Below are positions 1 to 9,257 of a DNA stretch of 64,000 bases, one piece after another (position 1 is the stretch's first letter; each line of letters starts with the position of its first letter). The notes under the pieces were generated by a model that saw nothing but the letters and a program-made list of their open reading frames with translations, did no database searches and was not told the origin of the DNA. The stretch lies in NCBI GenBank assembly GCA_903857825.1, contig CAIOGI010000010.1:46542-110541 (forward strand), in the 5' to 3' direction. The stretch comes from Candidatus Tayloriibacteriota bacterium. GTDB taxonomy: Bacteria > Patescibacteriota > Minisyncoccia > Phycocordibacterales > PALSA-1337. The translations under genes and the position numbers were made by a program.

Positions 1-86
1 TGAATGAACAAGGACCAATACCAAAAACAGTCGAGTCAGAAATAACAACAGAACAAATAATAGCTTTATCAAGGAAAGTTACTGTT

Positions 87-560
87 TTGATGACAAAGCC
101 GGAGAATACTGGTACCAAGGCGCCTTTGTTGTTATTTTTGAAAAATAAAGGGTTAAATGCCCTAAAATATAGATTTACTCTTGATGAAGATAGATTGAAT
201 AGTCTTTATCCTATGATGAAAGACTGGATTGCTACGGTTCAGATGGCCACTGAACAACACATGGAAGACAAAGAAGTTGAGGTGTTCTTGGTGACCTCTG
301 AAGATGGTGAATGTAAGGATGTTAGAGAAGAAGTGCTTAAGCTACGTGGATTGGATCGTGTAGCTTCGAATAATCCAGTTGGCACTTTGAGAAATGAGCT
401 TCCAGGACAAACAATATTTTATGCTGGCACTGAGGCTGATAGCACTGTTCAATACTCTAGAAACGGTTTCCACTGCTCAACTACACCAGAGGAAGTATTA
501 AGTAATTTAAAGACATTTGGTTTGCTTGATGAGGCGAAGAGGTTGGTGGGAGTGGAGTAA
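87..560 (+). CDS. hypothetical protein; GC-elevated relative to neighbours; reading frame is open back to position 1, so the gene may be 5'-truncated by the window edge (listed start is a TTG)
   Basis: ORF track; no stop codon in frame between nt 3 and 86; no recognisable motif; local GC visibly higher than flanking DNA. Confidence 0.4.
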   Translation: MMTKPENTGTKAPLLLFLKNKGLNALKYRFTLDEDRLNSLYPMMKDWIATVQMATEQHMEDKEVEVFLVTSEDGECKDVREEVLKLRGLDRVASNNPVGTLRNELPGQTIFYAGTEADSTVQYSRNGFHCSTTPEEVLSNLKTFGLLDEAKRLVGVE

Positions 561-576
561 TTTGCGTAAAAGAAAA

Positions 577-629
577 CCGGGCACTGCTGTCCGGCTTCGG
601 GGGGGGTCATGAACACGTCATTTTTTTTT
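577..629 (+). terminator. putative weak intrinsic terminator after ORF 87-560 (7-bp stem ccgggca/tgtccgg, a G8 run, short second stem, then T9)
   Basis: hairpins and T-run read directly; stem and T-run are not tightly juxtaposed. Confidence 0.3.
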
Positions 630-832
630 CTTATTCTCGAAGTAAGGCTGGAGTATCACGAAGAATATGATGACTACCGCGAATAGCACGATACCGCAAA
701 CCGTGTCGATTGTTCTCATACTTTGATAGTATATCATCTATTACCATATCTGTCAACCATTTTTAATACCCAAATACCCCATAAATACTGGGGTATTTTG
801 CTACTATTATTAGATAATCCTATCTATTGGTC

Positions 833-2242
833 TTACTTTTCCTCCTCCACTATCTCTATCCCCAATTCTTTCAATTGCTTATCCATTACCTTCCCTGGTG
901 CATTCATCATTGGATCTCTTCCTTCTCCGTTCTTTGGAAATGCTATTACTTCTCGAATATTCGGTTCTACTTCTAGGAAAGTCATAAGTCTATCAAATCC
1001 CCAAGCTATACCTCCGTGTGGTGGTGTGCCTGAACCTAGTGCATTTAACATGTGACCGAAGTTTCTTTCAATTCTCTCATCTTCATAACCCATGATTTTA
1101 AATACAGCCTTAAGAGCTTCTGGATTATGATTTCGTATACTTCCTCCACCGATTTCAGAACCATTGAGAACAATATCGTACTGAGTTGTAAAAATGTTCT
1201 CAATGTTCTTTTGATTCATCAAATCATCCATGAATTCTGGAGTAGGTGAAGAGAAAGGATTGTGTGTGAATGTCCAGCCTTTTGTATCAATATCCTTTTC
1301 AAAGAAAGGCCAGTCGATAACCCAAAGGAAAGCCAAAAGATCAGGATCATTCTTATCAGTACGAATATCAGGTTTATCAACACCATACTTTTCCATTACT
1401 TCTTTATAAGTCAATACTGGGAATGGAACTTGTTGAATCTTCTTGTTTGGATATAGAGTGGTAACAAGGTCTATAAGAATCTTTTCGTTTATCGCCATTA
1501 CATCTTTTCTTTCAACAAAACTCATTTCCATGTCCATTTGTGTGAACTCTGGCTGTCTATCACCGCGACTGTCCTCATCACGCATACATCTAGCAAATTG
1601 AAAATACTTTTCAAAGCCAGATGACATAAGAAGTTGTTTGTATTGCTGAGGACTCTGAGGAAGTGAATAGAATGAACCTCTCTCTAGACGAGAAGGAACA
1701 ATATAGTCTCTTGAACCTTCTGGTGTTGTAGCAGAAAGAAGTGGAGTTTCAATCTCGGTGAAGCCTTCTTTTGCTAAAGCATTTCTAACATGAAGCATGA
1801 CCTTGTGGCGATTTATAATATTCTTCTGAAGTCTAGGTCTTCTGAGATCCTGGTATCGATATTTTAGTCTCACCTCTTCATTAATTTCTTTTCCATCACC
1901 GCGAATATCAATAGGTGGAGTAGTGGCCTCATTTAGCACCTTGATTTCTAAAATCTCAAGCTCTATTTCCCCATTCTGCTTATCCTTCTGTACATTCTTT
2001 GGTGGTCGAGGATTTACTTTACCCTTAACGCAAACAACCCATTCTGGTCTTAGAGTAAAACCTACTTCATGAGCTGCTGTGGCATTTGGTAATATAACTC
2101 CTTGCACCTTTCCTGTGACATCGCGAAAATCAAGGAAAATAAGCTTTCCCTGATCTCGGCGAATATCAACCCAGCCTTTTATAGTTACTTCTTGTCCAAC
2201 TTTTGCACTTAAATCTTTAATATATGTTCTTTCCATGAACAT
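833..2242 (-). CDS. aspS: aspartate--tRNA ligase, compact form without the bacterial GAD insertion
   Basis: class II aaRS motifs: QSPQQYKQLLM, CMRDEDSRGDRQPEFTQMDMEMSF (AspRS-type motif 2), GGGSIRNHNPE; N-terminal OB anticodon-binding region; 469 aa. Confidence 0.85.
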   Translation of the reverse strand: MFMERTYIKDLSAKVGQEVTIKGWVDIRRDQGKLIFLDFRDVTGKVQGVILPNATAAHEVGFTLRPEWVVCVKGKVNPRPPKNVQKDKQNGEIELEILEIKVLNEATTPPIDIRGDGKEINEEVRLKYRYQDLRRPRLQKNIINRHKVMLHVRNALAKEGFTEIETPLLSATTPEGSRDYIVPSRLERGSFYSLPQSPQQYKQLLMSSGFEKYFQFARCMRDEDSRGDRQPEFTQMDMEMSFVERKDVMAINEKILIDLVTTLYPNKKIQQVPFPVLTYKEVMEKYGVDKPDIRTDKNDPDLLAFLWVIDWPFFEKDIDTKGWTFTHNPFSSPTPEFMDDLMNQKNIENIFTTQYDIVLNGSEIGGGSIRNHNPEALKAVFKIMGYEDERIERNFGHMLNALGSGTPPHGGIAWGFDRLMTFLEVEPNIREVIAFPKNGEGRDPMMNAPGKVMDKQLKELGIEIVEEEK

Positions 2243-2248
2243 ATCATA

Positions 2249-2479
2249 CTATATATCGAATTCATCTTCAAACTCGTCACTCATTTTTTCTACTGCCTTA
2301 TCTATATAGTGACTATTGTATTGTTTAAGCTCTGAAATATCAGCTCTTGCCTCATCTATATCTTCTTTCATATGGATGAGCTCAATTTTTACCTCTTGAA
2401 AACTCTCATTCATAATATCGACCTTTTTATCTATTCTTGCCAATGCCCCAAGCACAAAAGTATATTGTTCTTCTTGCAT
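2249..2479 (-). CDS. hypothetical small acidic coiled-coil protein
   Basis: ORF track; no motif recognised; sits between aspS and trpS on the same strand. Confidence 0.4.
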   Translation of the reverse strand: MQEEQYTFVLGALARIDKKVDIMNESFQEVKIELIHMKEDIDEARADISELKQYNSHYIDKAVEKMSDEFEDEFDI

Positions 2480-2588
2480 ATATAAATTACATTTTACAAA
2501 ATCCCTTTCGAGGATTTCTAATAATGTAGAAAGTATAGAAAAAAGTTATTAAGAAATTCTAAAGGAATTCTTAAGAAATGATAAAGAT

Positions 2589-3539
2589 TTAGTTTACGCC
2601 AATATTTTTCTTTACTGTCAAAAGCTTGGCATCAGCACGTGTCTTAGCTCGAGATGCTCCGTCTGCAAGAATGGCTTTAATTTCCTCAACATTTTTACTT
2701 AACTCTTCTCTCTTTTCTCTCAATGGTTTTATAAATGCGTCAAGGTCTTCTATAAGAGTTTCTTTCAATATTTTATACTTGCCCTTATTTTGATCATAAA
2801 TAGCCTTCAATTCCTCGTCTGAGCGTAGTAATTTATGAATGTTATATACATTTACCGGTGTCTCGCCACTTGAATCTGTGACAATGCTCATAACAGCTTT
2901 TGTTATTTCCTCTCGAGTAGCAAAAAGTGGAATTGTATTCTTATAACTCTTACTCATTTTCTGTCCATCTGTGCCGGGTACCACCGCAACCTCTTTCATT
3001 ATGAAAGGCTCAGGAAGTTTGAAAGTTTCTCCGAAGGTATTGTTGAACTTTTGAGCTGTATCGCGTGTATATTCTATGTGTTGTTTTTGATCCTGACCAA
3101 CTGGAACTGTGTCCACATCGTATAAGAGAATATCAGCAGCCATAAGCATAGGATAATTAAATGTACCAACACTAATCTCCTTATCCTTCGCTTCTGCGTC
3201 CTTGAAGGCATGCGCACGCATAAGGTAAGGCATGGTGGTGATAGTATCAAAGATCCAAGCTAGCTCAGTGTGTGCAGATACGTCTGACTGTTTAAAAATG
3301 GTTGAGGTTTTTGGATCAAGTCCAATGGCAAGATAATCCAAAATAAAATCTAAGGTATATTCGCGCATCTCCTTGGCGTTTTGAACAGTATTTAGAGCGT
3401 GATAATCAGCAATCATGAAGAAACAATCATACTTACCACTATTTTGTAATTCAACCATCTGTTTCATCGCACCAAAATAGTTTCCAATATGCAATTTACC
3501 TGATGGCTTTAATCCTGATAGTAATGTTTTTTTTGACAT
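2589..3539 (-). CDS. trpS: tryptophan--tRNA ligase
   Basis: class I HIGH-type motif GKLHIGN near N-terminus, GQDQKQH, KMSKS; 316 aa typical for TrpRS. Confidence 0.9.
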   Translation of the reverse strand: MSKKTLLSGLKPSGKLHIGNYFGAMKQMVELQNSGKYDCFFMIADYHALNTVQNAKEMREYTLDFILDYLAIGLDPKTSTIFKQSDVSAHTELAWIFDTITTMPYLMRAHAFKDAEAKDKEISVGTFNYPMLMAADILLYDVDTVPVGQDQKQHIEYTRDTAQKFNNTFGETFKLPEPFIMKEVAVVPGTDGQKMSKSYKNTIPLFATREEITKAVMSIVTDSSGETPVNVYNIHKLLRSDEELKAIYDQNKGKYKILKETLIEDLDAFIKPLREKREELSKNVEEIKAILADGASRAKTRADAKLLTVKKNIGVN

Positions 3540-3571
3540 GCATTAAATATAGCAGAAAAAGAAAAAGGGGG

Positions 3572-4453
3572 CTATAGCCCCTCCTTCTTCAATTCCTCAA
3601 TTAGTTTCTGGGCGGTTTTCGATACTTTCTTTGGCATTTCAACCTTTGTAACTATTAGCAAATCACCTCTCCGACCTCTTTCGTCCGGAACACCCTTTTG
3701 TCTAACTCTCAATATTTCATTATGCGTTGTTCCTGTTGGTATCTTCAATTCAATTTTTCCATCAAGTGTTTCAACATCCAATGTAGCTCCTAGTAGTGCC
3801 GTTGTAAGTTTGAGCTGTAATTCCATTACTATGTTGTAACCCTCTTTTCTAAATACAGAATGTTCCTCCACCCAGATACGCACAATGAGATCACCTTTTC
3901 CTCCAGGACCATCCTCGCCTTTTCCTTGAACTCTTAACCCCTGACCGTTCTCGATACCAGCAGGAATAGTAACGACTATTTTTTCTTTATTAATATTTAA
4001 TTCTTTCTCAAGTCCAAAAACTGATTCCTTGAAAGAGAGTTGCACATCTACAGTAATATTTGCTCCTCTACGAGGTCGTCTACCTCCTCCAAAAAAATCT
4101 CCGAATAGATCCCCAAGATCGAATTCAAAGCTTTGGCCTCCTCCTTGTGCTTGCTGTCTCGCAAATCCAGAAAAGTCGAAGCCACCGAATCCTTGACCTC
4201 CATTAAATCCATTGAAGCCACCTTGCCCACCACCGAAACCATTTGGTTCAGCTGGACCAAATGTATCGTACTGCTGTCGCTTCTGATCATCAGAAAGTGT
4301 TGTGTAAGCTTCGTTTATCTCTTTGAATTTCGCATCGTTTCCATTATTTTTGTCAGGATGATGTTCATGAGCAAGCTTTCTAAAAGCTTTCTTTATATCG
4401 TCTTTTGAAGCGCTCTTTTCAACGCCGAGTATTTTGTAATAGTCTTTTGACAT
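3572..4453 (-). CDS. dnaJ: J-domain chaperone of the DnaJ/CbpA class (J-domain, Gly/Phe-rich linker, C-terminal substrate-binding domains; no CxxCxGxG zinc finger)
   Basis: YYKILGV...HPDKN J-domain with HPD, long GGFGG/GF repeat linker, no cysteine repeats; 293 aa. Confidence 0.85.
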   Translation of the reverse strand: MSKDYYKILGVEKSASKDDIKKAFRKLAHEHHPDKNNGNDAKFKEINEAYTTLSDDQKRQQYDTFGPAEPNGFGGGQGGFNGFNGGQGFGGFDFSGFARQQAQGGGQSFEFDLGDLFGDFFGGGRRPRRGANITVDVQLSFKESVFGLEKELNINKEKIVVTIPAGIENGQGLRVQGKGEDGPGGKGDLIVRIWVEEHSVFRKEGYNIVMELQLKLTTALLGATLDVETLDGKIELKIPTGTTHNEILRVRQKGVPDERGRRGDLLIVTKVEMPKKVSKTAQKLIEELKKEGL

Positions 4454-4486
4454 GGCTGTGATTATAGCAAAAATGAGGTTTTTTTG

Positions 4487-5233
4487 CTATTTCAACCCAT
4501 CAACATATTTTTCTGCAGACTTTAACACAGCTTCCAACATAAAATTCTCATAATCATCTTTACCTCCTCCAGTCTGAGCCTTTTCAAGTGATGTAACGTA
4601 AATCCTGCGATCTTCAGGATGAATGACTACTGGAGGATAATCGTTCTGCATTAGTATAAGGTTAAGCAATAGTCTAGCTGTTCTTCCATTGCCATCTGTA
4701 AACGGGTGTATGGAAACCAGGCGATAATGCGCTTCAATTGCTGTCAGCACAGGATGCTCAGTTGTTTTGCTAATCCATTTTACAAATTCTGTCATAAGAT
4801 CTGGTACTGAAGCTGGGTTTGGCATGATAGATGTAGAACCGGTAATGCGTACAGGTATTGTACGCAATCTTCCAGAGTTTACGTCGTCATTCTTTTGCAA
4901 AAGAATTCTATGTATATCGAGAATAACAGCCAGGGTAATATCACTTAGCTTTTTATTATTTTCAGCAAACTTTTTTATATATTCTACTGCTTCAGAATGA
5001 TTCTTTGCTTCTATAAGCTCTCTAAGTTGTTTACCTTCTATGCTTATATCCTTTTCTACTACTAAGGCTGTTTCTTGGCGAGATAGAGTGTTTCCTTCGA
5101 GAGCATTAGAAGTATAAGTAAGCTCAATACGATACCATTCATCTAGGTTCTTTACGAGTGCTGGGTCAATAATTCCATGACTAGCAATTTTTGCTTTAAT
5201 TTCATCGATTTTACTAAGTAATTCTTGTTTCAT
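4487..5233 (-). CDS. Fic family protein (canonical AMPylation motif)
   Basis: HPFTDGNGRTARLL matches Fic core HxFx(D/E)GNGRxxR; 248 aa. Confidence 0.85.
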   Translation of the reverse strand: MKQELLSKIDEIKAKIASHGIIDPALVKNLDEWYRIELTYTSNALEGNTLSRQETALVVEKDISIEGKQLRELIEAKNHSEAVEYIKKFAENNKKLSDITLAVILDIHRILLQKNDDVNSGRLRTIPVRITGSTSIMPNPASVPDLMTEFVKWISKTTEHPVLTAIEAHYRLVSIHPFTDGNGRTARLLLNLILMQNDYPPVVIHPEDRRIYVTSLEKAQTGGGKDDYENFMLEAVLKSAEKYVDGLK

Positions 5234-5323
5234 TTGACATTATCATAACAGATAAATGAAATTTAAATAACCCTTGACCTCATCGAGTATTTATGCTTAA
5301 ATAGAGTAAACAAGAACGGGGGG

Positions 5324-5572
5324 GTGATATGTTGTGATTACCCACTGTTCTTCACACAAACACACAACAAGAATTGGATTACCATGATAGCGTTTGGACT
5401 TTTAAACATCGGCTTCTCGATTATGGCTTTGGCCATATGTTTTGCGAATTTAGTGCGTAAATCGCAAGAACAGTTTGGGCCAATGCAAGTCGCATGTTTT
5501 GGTTTAACCTGCACAACTTTGTTACTGGTTTTGTGCAAGGGATGCTCAGTTGCGATGGATATTTGGCACTGA
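5324..5572 (+). CDS. GC-rich small Cys-rich hydrophobic ORF (62 aa from the internal ATG at 5384, 82 aa from the GTG at 5324); could instead be a structured ncRNA
   Basis: ORF track; two predicted hydrophobic helices, 8 Cys; about 47% GC in a roughly 30% GC context; followed immediately by a strong intrinsic terminator; no convincing RBS. Confidence 0.3.
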   Translation: MICCDYPLFFTQTHNKNWITMIAFGLLNIGFSIMALAICFANLVRKSQEQFGPMQVACFGLTCTTLLLVLCKGCSVAMDIWH

Positions 5573-5573
5573 C

Positions 5574-5617
5574 CGAAGTCGGCCCCCACTTACGTGGGAC
5601 AAGCCGGCTTCGTTTTT
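5574..5617 (+). terminator. intrinsic terminator (outer 8-9 bp stem cgaagtcg/ggcttcg enclosing inner stem cccac/gtggg, then T6)
   Basis: hairpin and T-run read directly from sequence. Confidence 0.6.
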
Positions 5618-5628
5618 TATATTTAGTA

Positions 5629-5883
5629 TTATGCATATTTTGCATAATACTCGTTTGTAATGTGCATTATTTGCACTTTCCTTTTGAACTTGTAGGGATT
5701 ACTTACAAGTTGAGTATGTTACAAATTGGAACTACCTTATACAAGTATTCCGGAATTTCCGGATAACTGCCGAACCGTTGCATTATTTGCAACAGTTGCC
5801 TGGGCCTCAACTTGTTCCAATATGGAAACAGTAGTAAAGGATTTCTTTACCACTCATCCAGTTGTTGCATTATTTGCAACAAC
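5629..5883. promoter_or_regulatory. array of four inverted repeats with core TGCA-N5-TGCA: ATGCA-tattt-TGCAT (5630-5644), GTGCA-ttatt-TGCAC (5661-5675), GTTGCA-ttatt-TGCAAC (5777-5793), GTTGTTGCA-ttatt-TGCAACAAC (5861-5883); operator-like
   Basis: read directly; the last site has perfect 9-bp arms; sites lie 110-370 bp upstream of the PemK/MazF-like gene; a TTGACA at 5926-5931 lies between the array and the gene. Confidence 0.5.
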
Positions 5884-5995
5884 TGAATCTTGCTAAAATA
5901 TATTCTATATGTTTGAATGCTGTTTTTTGACAAAATCTTTAGAACTTCTTAAGAACTTTTTGTTACATTATGCAAATTATTAGCATAATTTAAAT

Positions 5996-6385
5996 ATGAT
6001 GATTAAAAATTTTGATAAATGGAATAAAAACAAGAAGATTATTAATAACTCAAAAACATATCCACTGTATAATCAAAGAGAAATCTGGTGGTGTTCGCTC
6101 GGTGTAAATATTGGCTACGAACATGACGGGGACAAAGTAGAATATCAGAGGCCTGTACTTATATTGAAAGGTTTAAGTAAATATACGTGTTTTATAGTTC
6201 CTTTAACATCATCTTTACATAGGCATAAAATGAGAATCCCCTTAGGAATAATTAATGACAAAAGTGCTAGTGCTGTGATTTCTCAATTTCGAACTATTGA
6301 TACAAAGAGATTAACCGAGAAAATTTGCTATCTTGACGAAACTGTATTTGAATTAACGAGAAAAGCTACCAAAGACCTGCTCTGA
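5996..6385 (+). CDS. PemK/MazF-family toxin (endoribonuclease fold) with no adjacent protein antitoxin of 60 aa or more
   Basis: REIWWCSLGVNIGYEHDG...RPVLILKG...CFIVPLTS and C-terminal RTIDTKRL...ETVFELTRKATKDLL resemble PemK/Kid/MazF conserved blocks (RPxLVV, PRTID); 129 aa. Confidence 0.75.
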   Translation: MMIKNFDKWNKNKKIINNSKTYPLYNQREIWWCSLGVNIGYEHDGDKVEYQRPVLILKGLSKYTCFIVPLTSSLHRHKMRIPLGIINDKSASAVISQFRTIDTKRLTEKICYLDETVFELTRKATKDLL

Positions 6386-6525
6386 TAGCTTTTCCTCACT
6401 AATCCCCTCATTTAAGAGGTAAGCCCGAAGGCACTGTTTTTCTTTTCTCCCCTCTTTCGAGAGGCGTTTGCTCGCGTAGAGCATTTTATGACATTATATT
6501 ATCATATTTAACTCTAAACGCAACC

Positions 6526-8439
6526 CTACTTCTTTTCTTTGAATTCAGCATCCTTCACATCTCCCTCTGGTCCTTTTTGCTCGCCTGCTCCGCCTGTTGG
6601 ACCACCTGCTGGTGGTGTTTGCTTTGCTGCTTCAGCCTGAGCTTTTGATAGTATTTCACCTATCTTTGAAAGCTCACTTGAAAGTGCTTCTGTAGACTTC
6701 TTTAGTAAAGCTGGATCTGTTCCTTCCTTTGAAGTTTTTACATCAGCGATTTTGTCTTCAATGGACTTTCTCAAATCTGCTGGGACCTTGTCACCTGCGT
6801 CTTTCAATGATTTCTCTGAAGTATAGATGAGCTGCTCTGCAATATTCTTTGCTTCAATCATTTCTTTTTTCTTTGCATCTTCTACTGCATGCATTTCAGC
6901 TTCTTTTGTCATCTTTTCAACTTCTTCTTTTGAAAGACCTGAGCTTGCTGTGATCTTTATGCTATTTGTCTTTCCTGTTGTCTTATCCTTTGCAGTAACA
7001 GAAAGGATACCATTAGCATCTAGATCAAATGTAACCTCGACTTGTGGCATACCGCGAGGTGCAGGGGCAATACCATCAAGTATAAATCTACCTAGAGACT
7101 TATTATCACCTGACAATGGTCTTTCACCCTGAGTAATATGAATTTCTACGGATGTTTGATTGTCAGCTGCTGTAGAGAAGATTTGAGACTTCTGGGTAGG
7201 GATAGTAGTGTTCTTCTCAATGAGTTTTGTAGCAACTCCACCCATTGTTTCAATTCCTAGAGAAAGAGGAGTAACATCTAGTAGAAGTACGCCTTTTACG
7301 TCTCCTGCCAAGATACCTCCTTGAATAGCAGCACCCACCGCAACCACCTCGTCAGGATTTACACCAAGGTGCAACTCCTTTCCGAAGAAATCCTTCACAG
7401 CCTTTTGCATAGCCGGCATACGTGTCTGTCCTCCGACAAGAACAATCTCATTTATATCTGCAATCTTGAACGGAGAAGCTTCCATAGCTCTCTTGGTGAT
7501 TTCCATTGCACGATCAATGAACTCTTTTGTAAGTTCCTCAAGCTTTGCTCGAGTCATGGTAATAAGTAAGTGCTTTGGACCATCTGCGCCTGAAGTAAGG
7601 AATGGAATATTCACTTCTGTTTGAACTGCTGTTGAAAGCTCTATCTTTGCCTTTTCTGCTGCTTCATCTAGTCTCTGAAGTGCTAGTGCATCCTTTCTAA
7701 CATCAATTCCCTCTTGCTTCTTGAATTCATCTGCAAGCCAATTGATAATCTTCTGATCAATATCCTTTCCTCCAAGGTGTGCATCTCCGTCTGTAGACTT
7801 TACTTCCACTACATCATCTCCAACCTCTAGTACTGATATATCGAATGTTCCTCCACCGAAGTCAAAGACTACTATTTTCTCGTCCTTTTTCTTGTCGAAT
7901 CCATAAGCCAATGCTGCTGCCGTTGGCTCATTTATAATTCTTTTTACATCTAGTCCCGCTATCTTTCCTGCATCTTTTGTTGCTTGTCTTTGTGCATCGT
8001 TGAAGTATGCGGGTACAGTAATAACTGCCTCTGTGACTGGTTCTCCAAGACGTGACTCCGCATCAGCCTTTAGTTTTCCAATGATCATTGCTGAGATCTC
8101 CTCTGGTCTATACCATTTATCTCCCATCTTTACTTCTATTCCTCCTGATGCAGACTTTTGCATTTCGAAAGGTACAGAAGCTCTATCCTTTTGTACTGCA
8201 GGATCATCGAAGTTGTGACCGATGAATCTCTTGATCTGATAAATAGTATTCTTTGGATTTGTAACTCCTTGTCTCTTGGCTAATAGACCCACCATTCTAT
8301 CGCCTGTTTTTGATTGCGCGATAATAGACGGTGTGGTTCTAGCACCTTCTGCGTTTTCTAATATTTTAGGTGTACCAGCTTCCATCACAGCGACGGCAGA
8401 GTTGGTAGTACCTAGGTCGATTCCTATAATTTTGGACAT
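6526..8439 (-). CDS. dnaK: molecular chaperone DnaK (Hsp70)
   Basis: [22 protein letters not shown], full-length Hsp70 architecture, 637 aa. Confidence 0.97.
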   Translation of the reverse strand: MSKIIGIDLGTTNSAVAVMEAGTPKILENAEGARTTPSIIAQSKTGDRMVGLLAKRQGVTNPKNTIYQIKRFIGHNFDDPAVQKDRASVPFEMQKSASGGIEVKMGDKWYRPEEISAMIIGKLKADAESRLGEPVTEAVITVPAYFNDAQRQATKDAGKIAGLDVKRIINEPTAAALAYGFDKKKDEKIVVFDFGGGTFDISVLEVGDDVVEVKSTDGDAHLGGKDIDQKIINWLADEFKKQEGIDVRKDALALQRLDEAAEKAKIELSTAVQTEVNIPFLTSGADGPKHLLITMTRAKLEELTKEFIDRAMEITKRAMEASPFKIADINEIVLVGGQTRMPAMQKAVKDFFGKELHLGVNPDEVVAVGAAIQGGILAGDVKGVLLLDVTPLSLGIETMGGVATKLIEKNTTIPTQKSQIFSTAADNQTSVEIHITQGERPLSGDNKSLGRFILDGIAPAPRGMPQVEVTFDLDANGILSVTAKDKTTGKTNSIKITASSGLSKEEVEKMTKEAEMHAVEDAKKKEMIEAKNIAEQLIYTSEKSLKDAGDKVPADLRKSIEDKIADVKTSKEGTDPALLKKSTEALSSELSKIGEILSKAQAEAAKQTPPAGGPTGGAGEQKGPEGDVKDAEFKEKK

Positions 8440-8493
8440 GGTTAATTATTTGATTAATTTAGTAATTTTGCTATTGTTATCTTGAAGGAGGTG

Positions 8494-8499
8494 ATTATA
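8494..8499 (-). promoter_or_regulatory. candidate -10 box TATAAT for dnaK (minus strand), about 55 nt upstream of the dnaK ATG; same bases form an apparent GGAGGTGA SD on the plus strand
   Basis: minus-strand reading ...gtgattcaTATAATcacctcc...; a weak -35-like tgactg lies 15-18 bp upstream. Confidence 0.35.
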
Positions 8500-8618
8500 T
8501 GAATCACTGGACATCAGTCAGTTGGGCGCTACCTGTTGTGGCGCGCTACATGGTCGGAGCCATGCTTGGGCGAGGAAACCAGTCTGGGAGTACTCGCCCT
8601 TTATATTTATACTATTAG
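8499..8618 (+). other. GC-rich (about 55% GC) island upstream of the dnaK promoter: 39-aa ORF (MNHWTSVSWALPVVARYMVGAMLGRGNQSGSTRPLYLYY) with an apparent perfect SD GGAGGTGA; alternatively a structured regulatory element
   Basis: ORF hand-translated; 7-bp inverted repeat gggcgag(8568-8574)/ctcgccc(8593-8599); direct repeat ggcgctac x2; the apparent SD is the reverse complement of the putative dnaK -10, so the ORF may be fortuitous. Confidence 0.25.
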
Positions 8619-8917
8619 ACTACAAATGCCGGAGCTCTTGTTGGTTGACTCATAAAAAATTCTAATAAAAAGTAAGGTGAAAGTATTGATTCAAATTCAG
8701 CAAAGCTGGTTTCAATAATAACTTTACTTTCTTTAATGCATGGCAAGCAAATAACATCCTCAGCTGGCACTACGAACGGAATAGCGGAAATGATCTGAGC
8801 TTGGAATTTGCCATTTACTTCAACAACGGTAAAACGAATACGAACTAAAAGCCCGTTCTTGTCCTTAACAATTCTTTCAAAGATGCTATTAAGTTGTTTA
8901 TTTTGAAGGGATAGCAT
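8615..8917 (-). CDS. hypothetical protein, last gene of the HEPN/MNT operon
   Basis: ORF track; same strand and 25 bp downstream of the MNT gene; no motif recognised. Confidence 0.4.
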   Translation of the reverse strand: MLSLQNKQLNSIFERIVKDKNGLLVRIRFTVVEVNGKFQAQIISAIPFVVPAEDVICLPCIKESKVIIETSFAEFESILSPYFLLEFFMSQPTRAPAFVV

Positions 8918-8942
8918 ATTAATTAAGATATTATATTAAACT

Positions 8943-9257
8943 TTATTTATTATTCAAGTTTTTATAAAACAATTTTCCTTCTTCATCTATATGCTTCTTT
9001 AATTCAATATTTGAAATACTATTATAATCAAGAACATCAACTTTATATGGGAACCTTGGTGCATTATCAAGCATATTTCTAAAATCTGATGCTGTGTTTG
9101 TATTTAATATTCCTTTTAAGGCAATATCTATATCTGATGCAGGTTTATAATTTCCCATTGCTCTTGAACCAAAGATAATAAGTTCGTCAACATCTGGAAA
9201 GACTTGAACATATCTTGAAATAATTTCTAAAATATCATCATTTAATCCAAATTTCAT
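8943..9257 (-). CDS. minimal nucleotidyltransferase (MNT, HI0073-like) antitoxin-type protein
   Basis: Pol-beta-type NTase motif ...LIIFGSRAMGNYKPASDIDIAL... (GS-x9-DxD); 104 aa; start overlaps upstream HEPN gene by 4 bp. Confidence 0.8.
   Translation of the reverse strand: MKFGLNDDILEIISRYVQVFPDVDELIIFGSRAMGNYKPASDIDIALKGILNTNTASDFRNMLDNAPRFPYKVDVLDYNSISNIELKKHIDEEGKLFYKNLNNK

Noticed and set aside
2567-2576. 10-bp palindrome ttcttaagaa occurring upstream of trpS and again at 5946-5955 upstream of the MazF-like gene
   Set aside because: Only two copies of an AT-rich 10-mer in 64 kb; could be chance. No further shared flanking sequence.
2480-2588. Hairpin aaatcc...ggattt between trpS and the 76-aa gene as a trpS terminator
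   Set aside because: No convincing U-run follows the stem on the minus strand. The short spacing is compatible with co-transcription.
5338-5766. Minus- and plus-strand ORFs 5338-5589, 5421-5645 and 5494-5766 over the GC-rich island and terminator
   Set aside because: They are mutually overlapping and run through the terminator hairpin and palindromes. Only the 5324/5384-5572 frame with terminator context was retained as a low-confidence candidate.
5629-5883. Possible CRISPR array, because a short motif recurs several times
   Set aside because: The repeats are short palindromes (15-23 bp) with irregular spacing (about 17, 100 and 70 bp) and no unique spacers of uniform length. No cas genes. 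Better explained as operator-like inverted repeats or an RNA hairpin array.
6827-7132. Plus-strand ORFs inside dnaK (also 7321-7569, 8000-8218, 8276-8485)
   Set aside because: Antisense shadow ORFs within a highly conserved gene; low-complexity translations.
8486-8500. Sequence atcacctcc resembling the 16S rRNA 3' end (anti-SD) on the minus strand
   Set aside because: It is only the complement of a plus-strand SD-like ggaggtgat and the dnaK -10 region. No flanking 16S-like sequence. No rRNA gene is present in the window.
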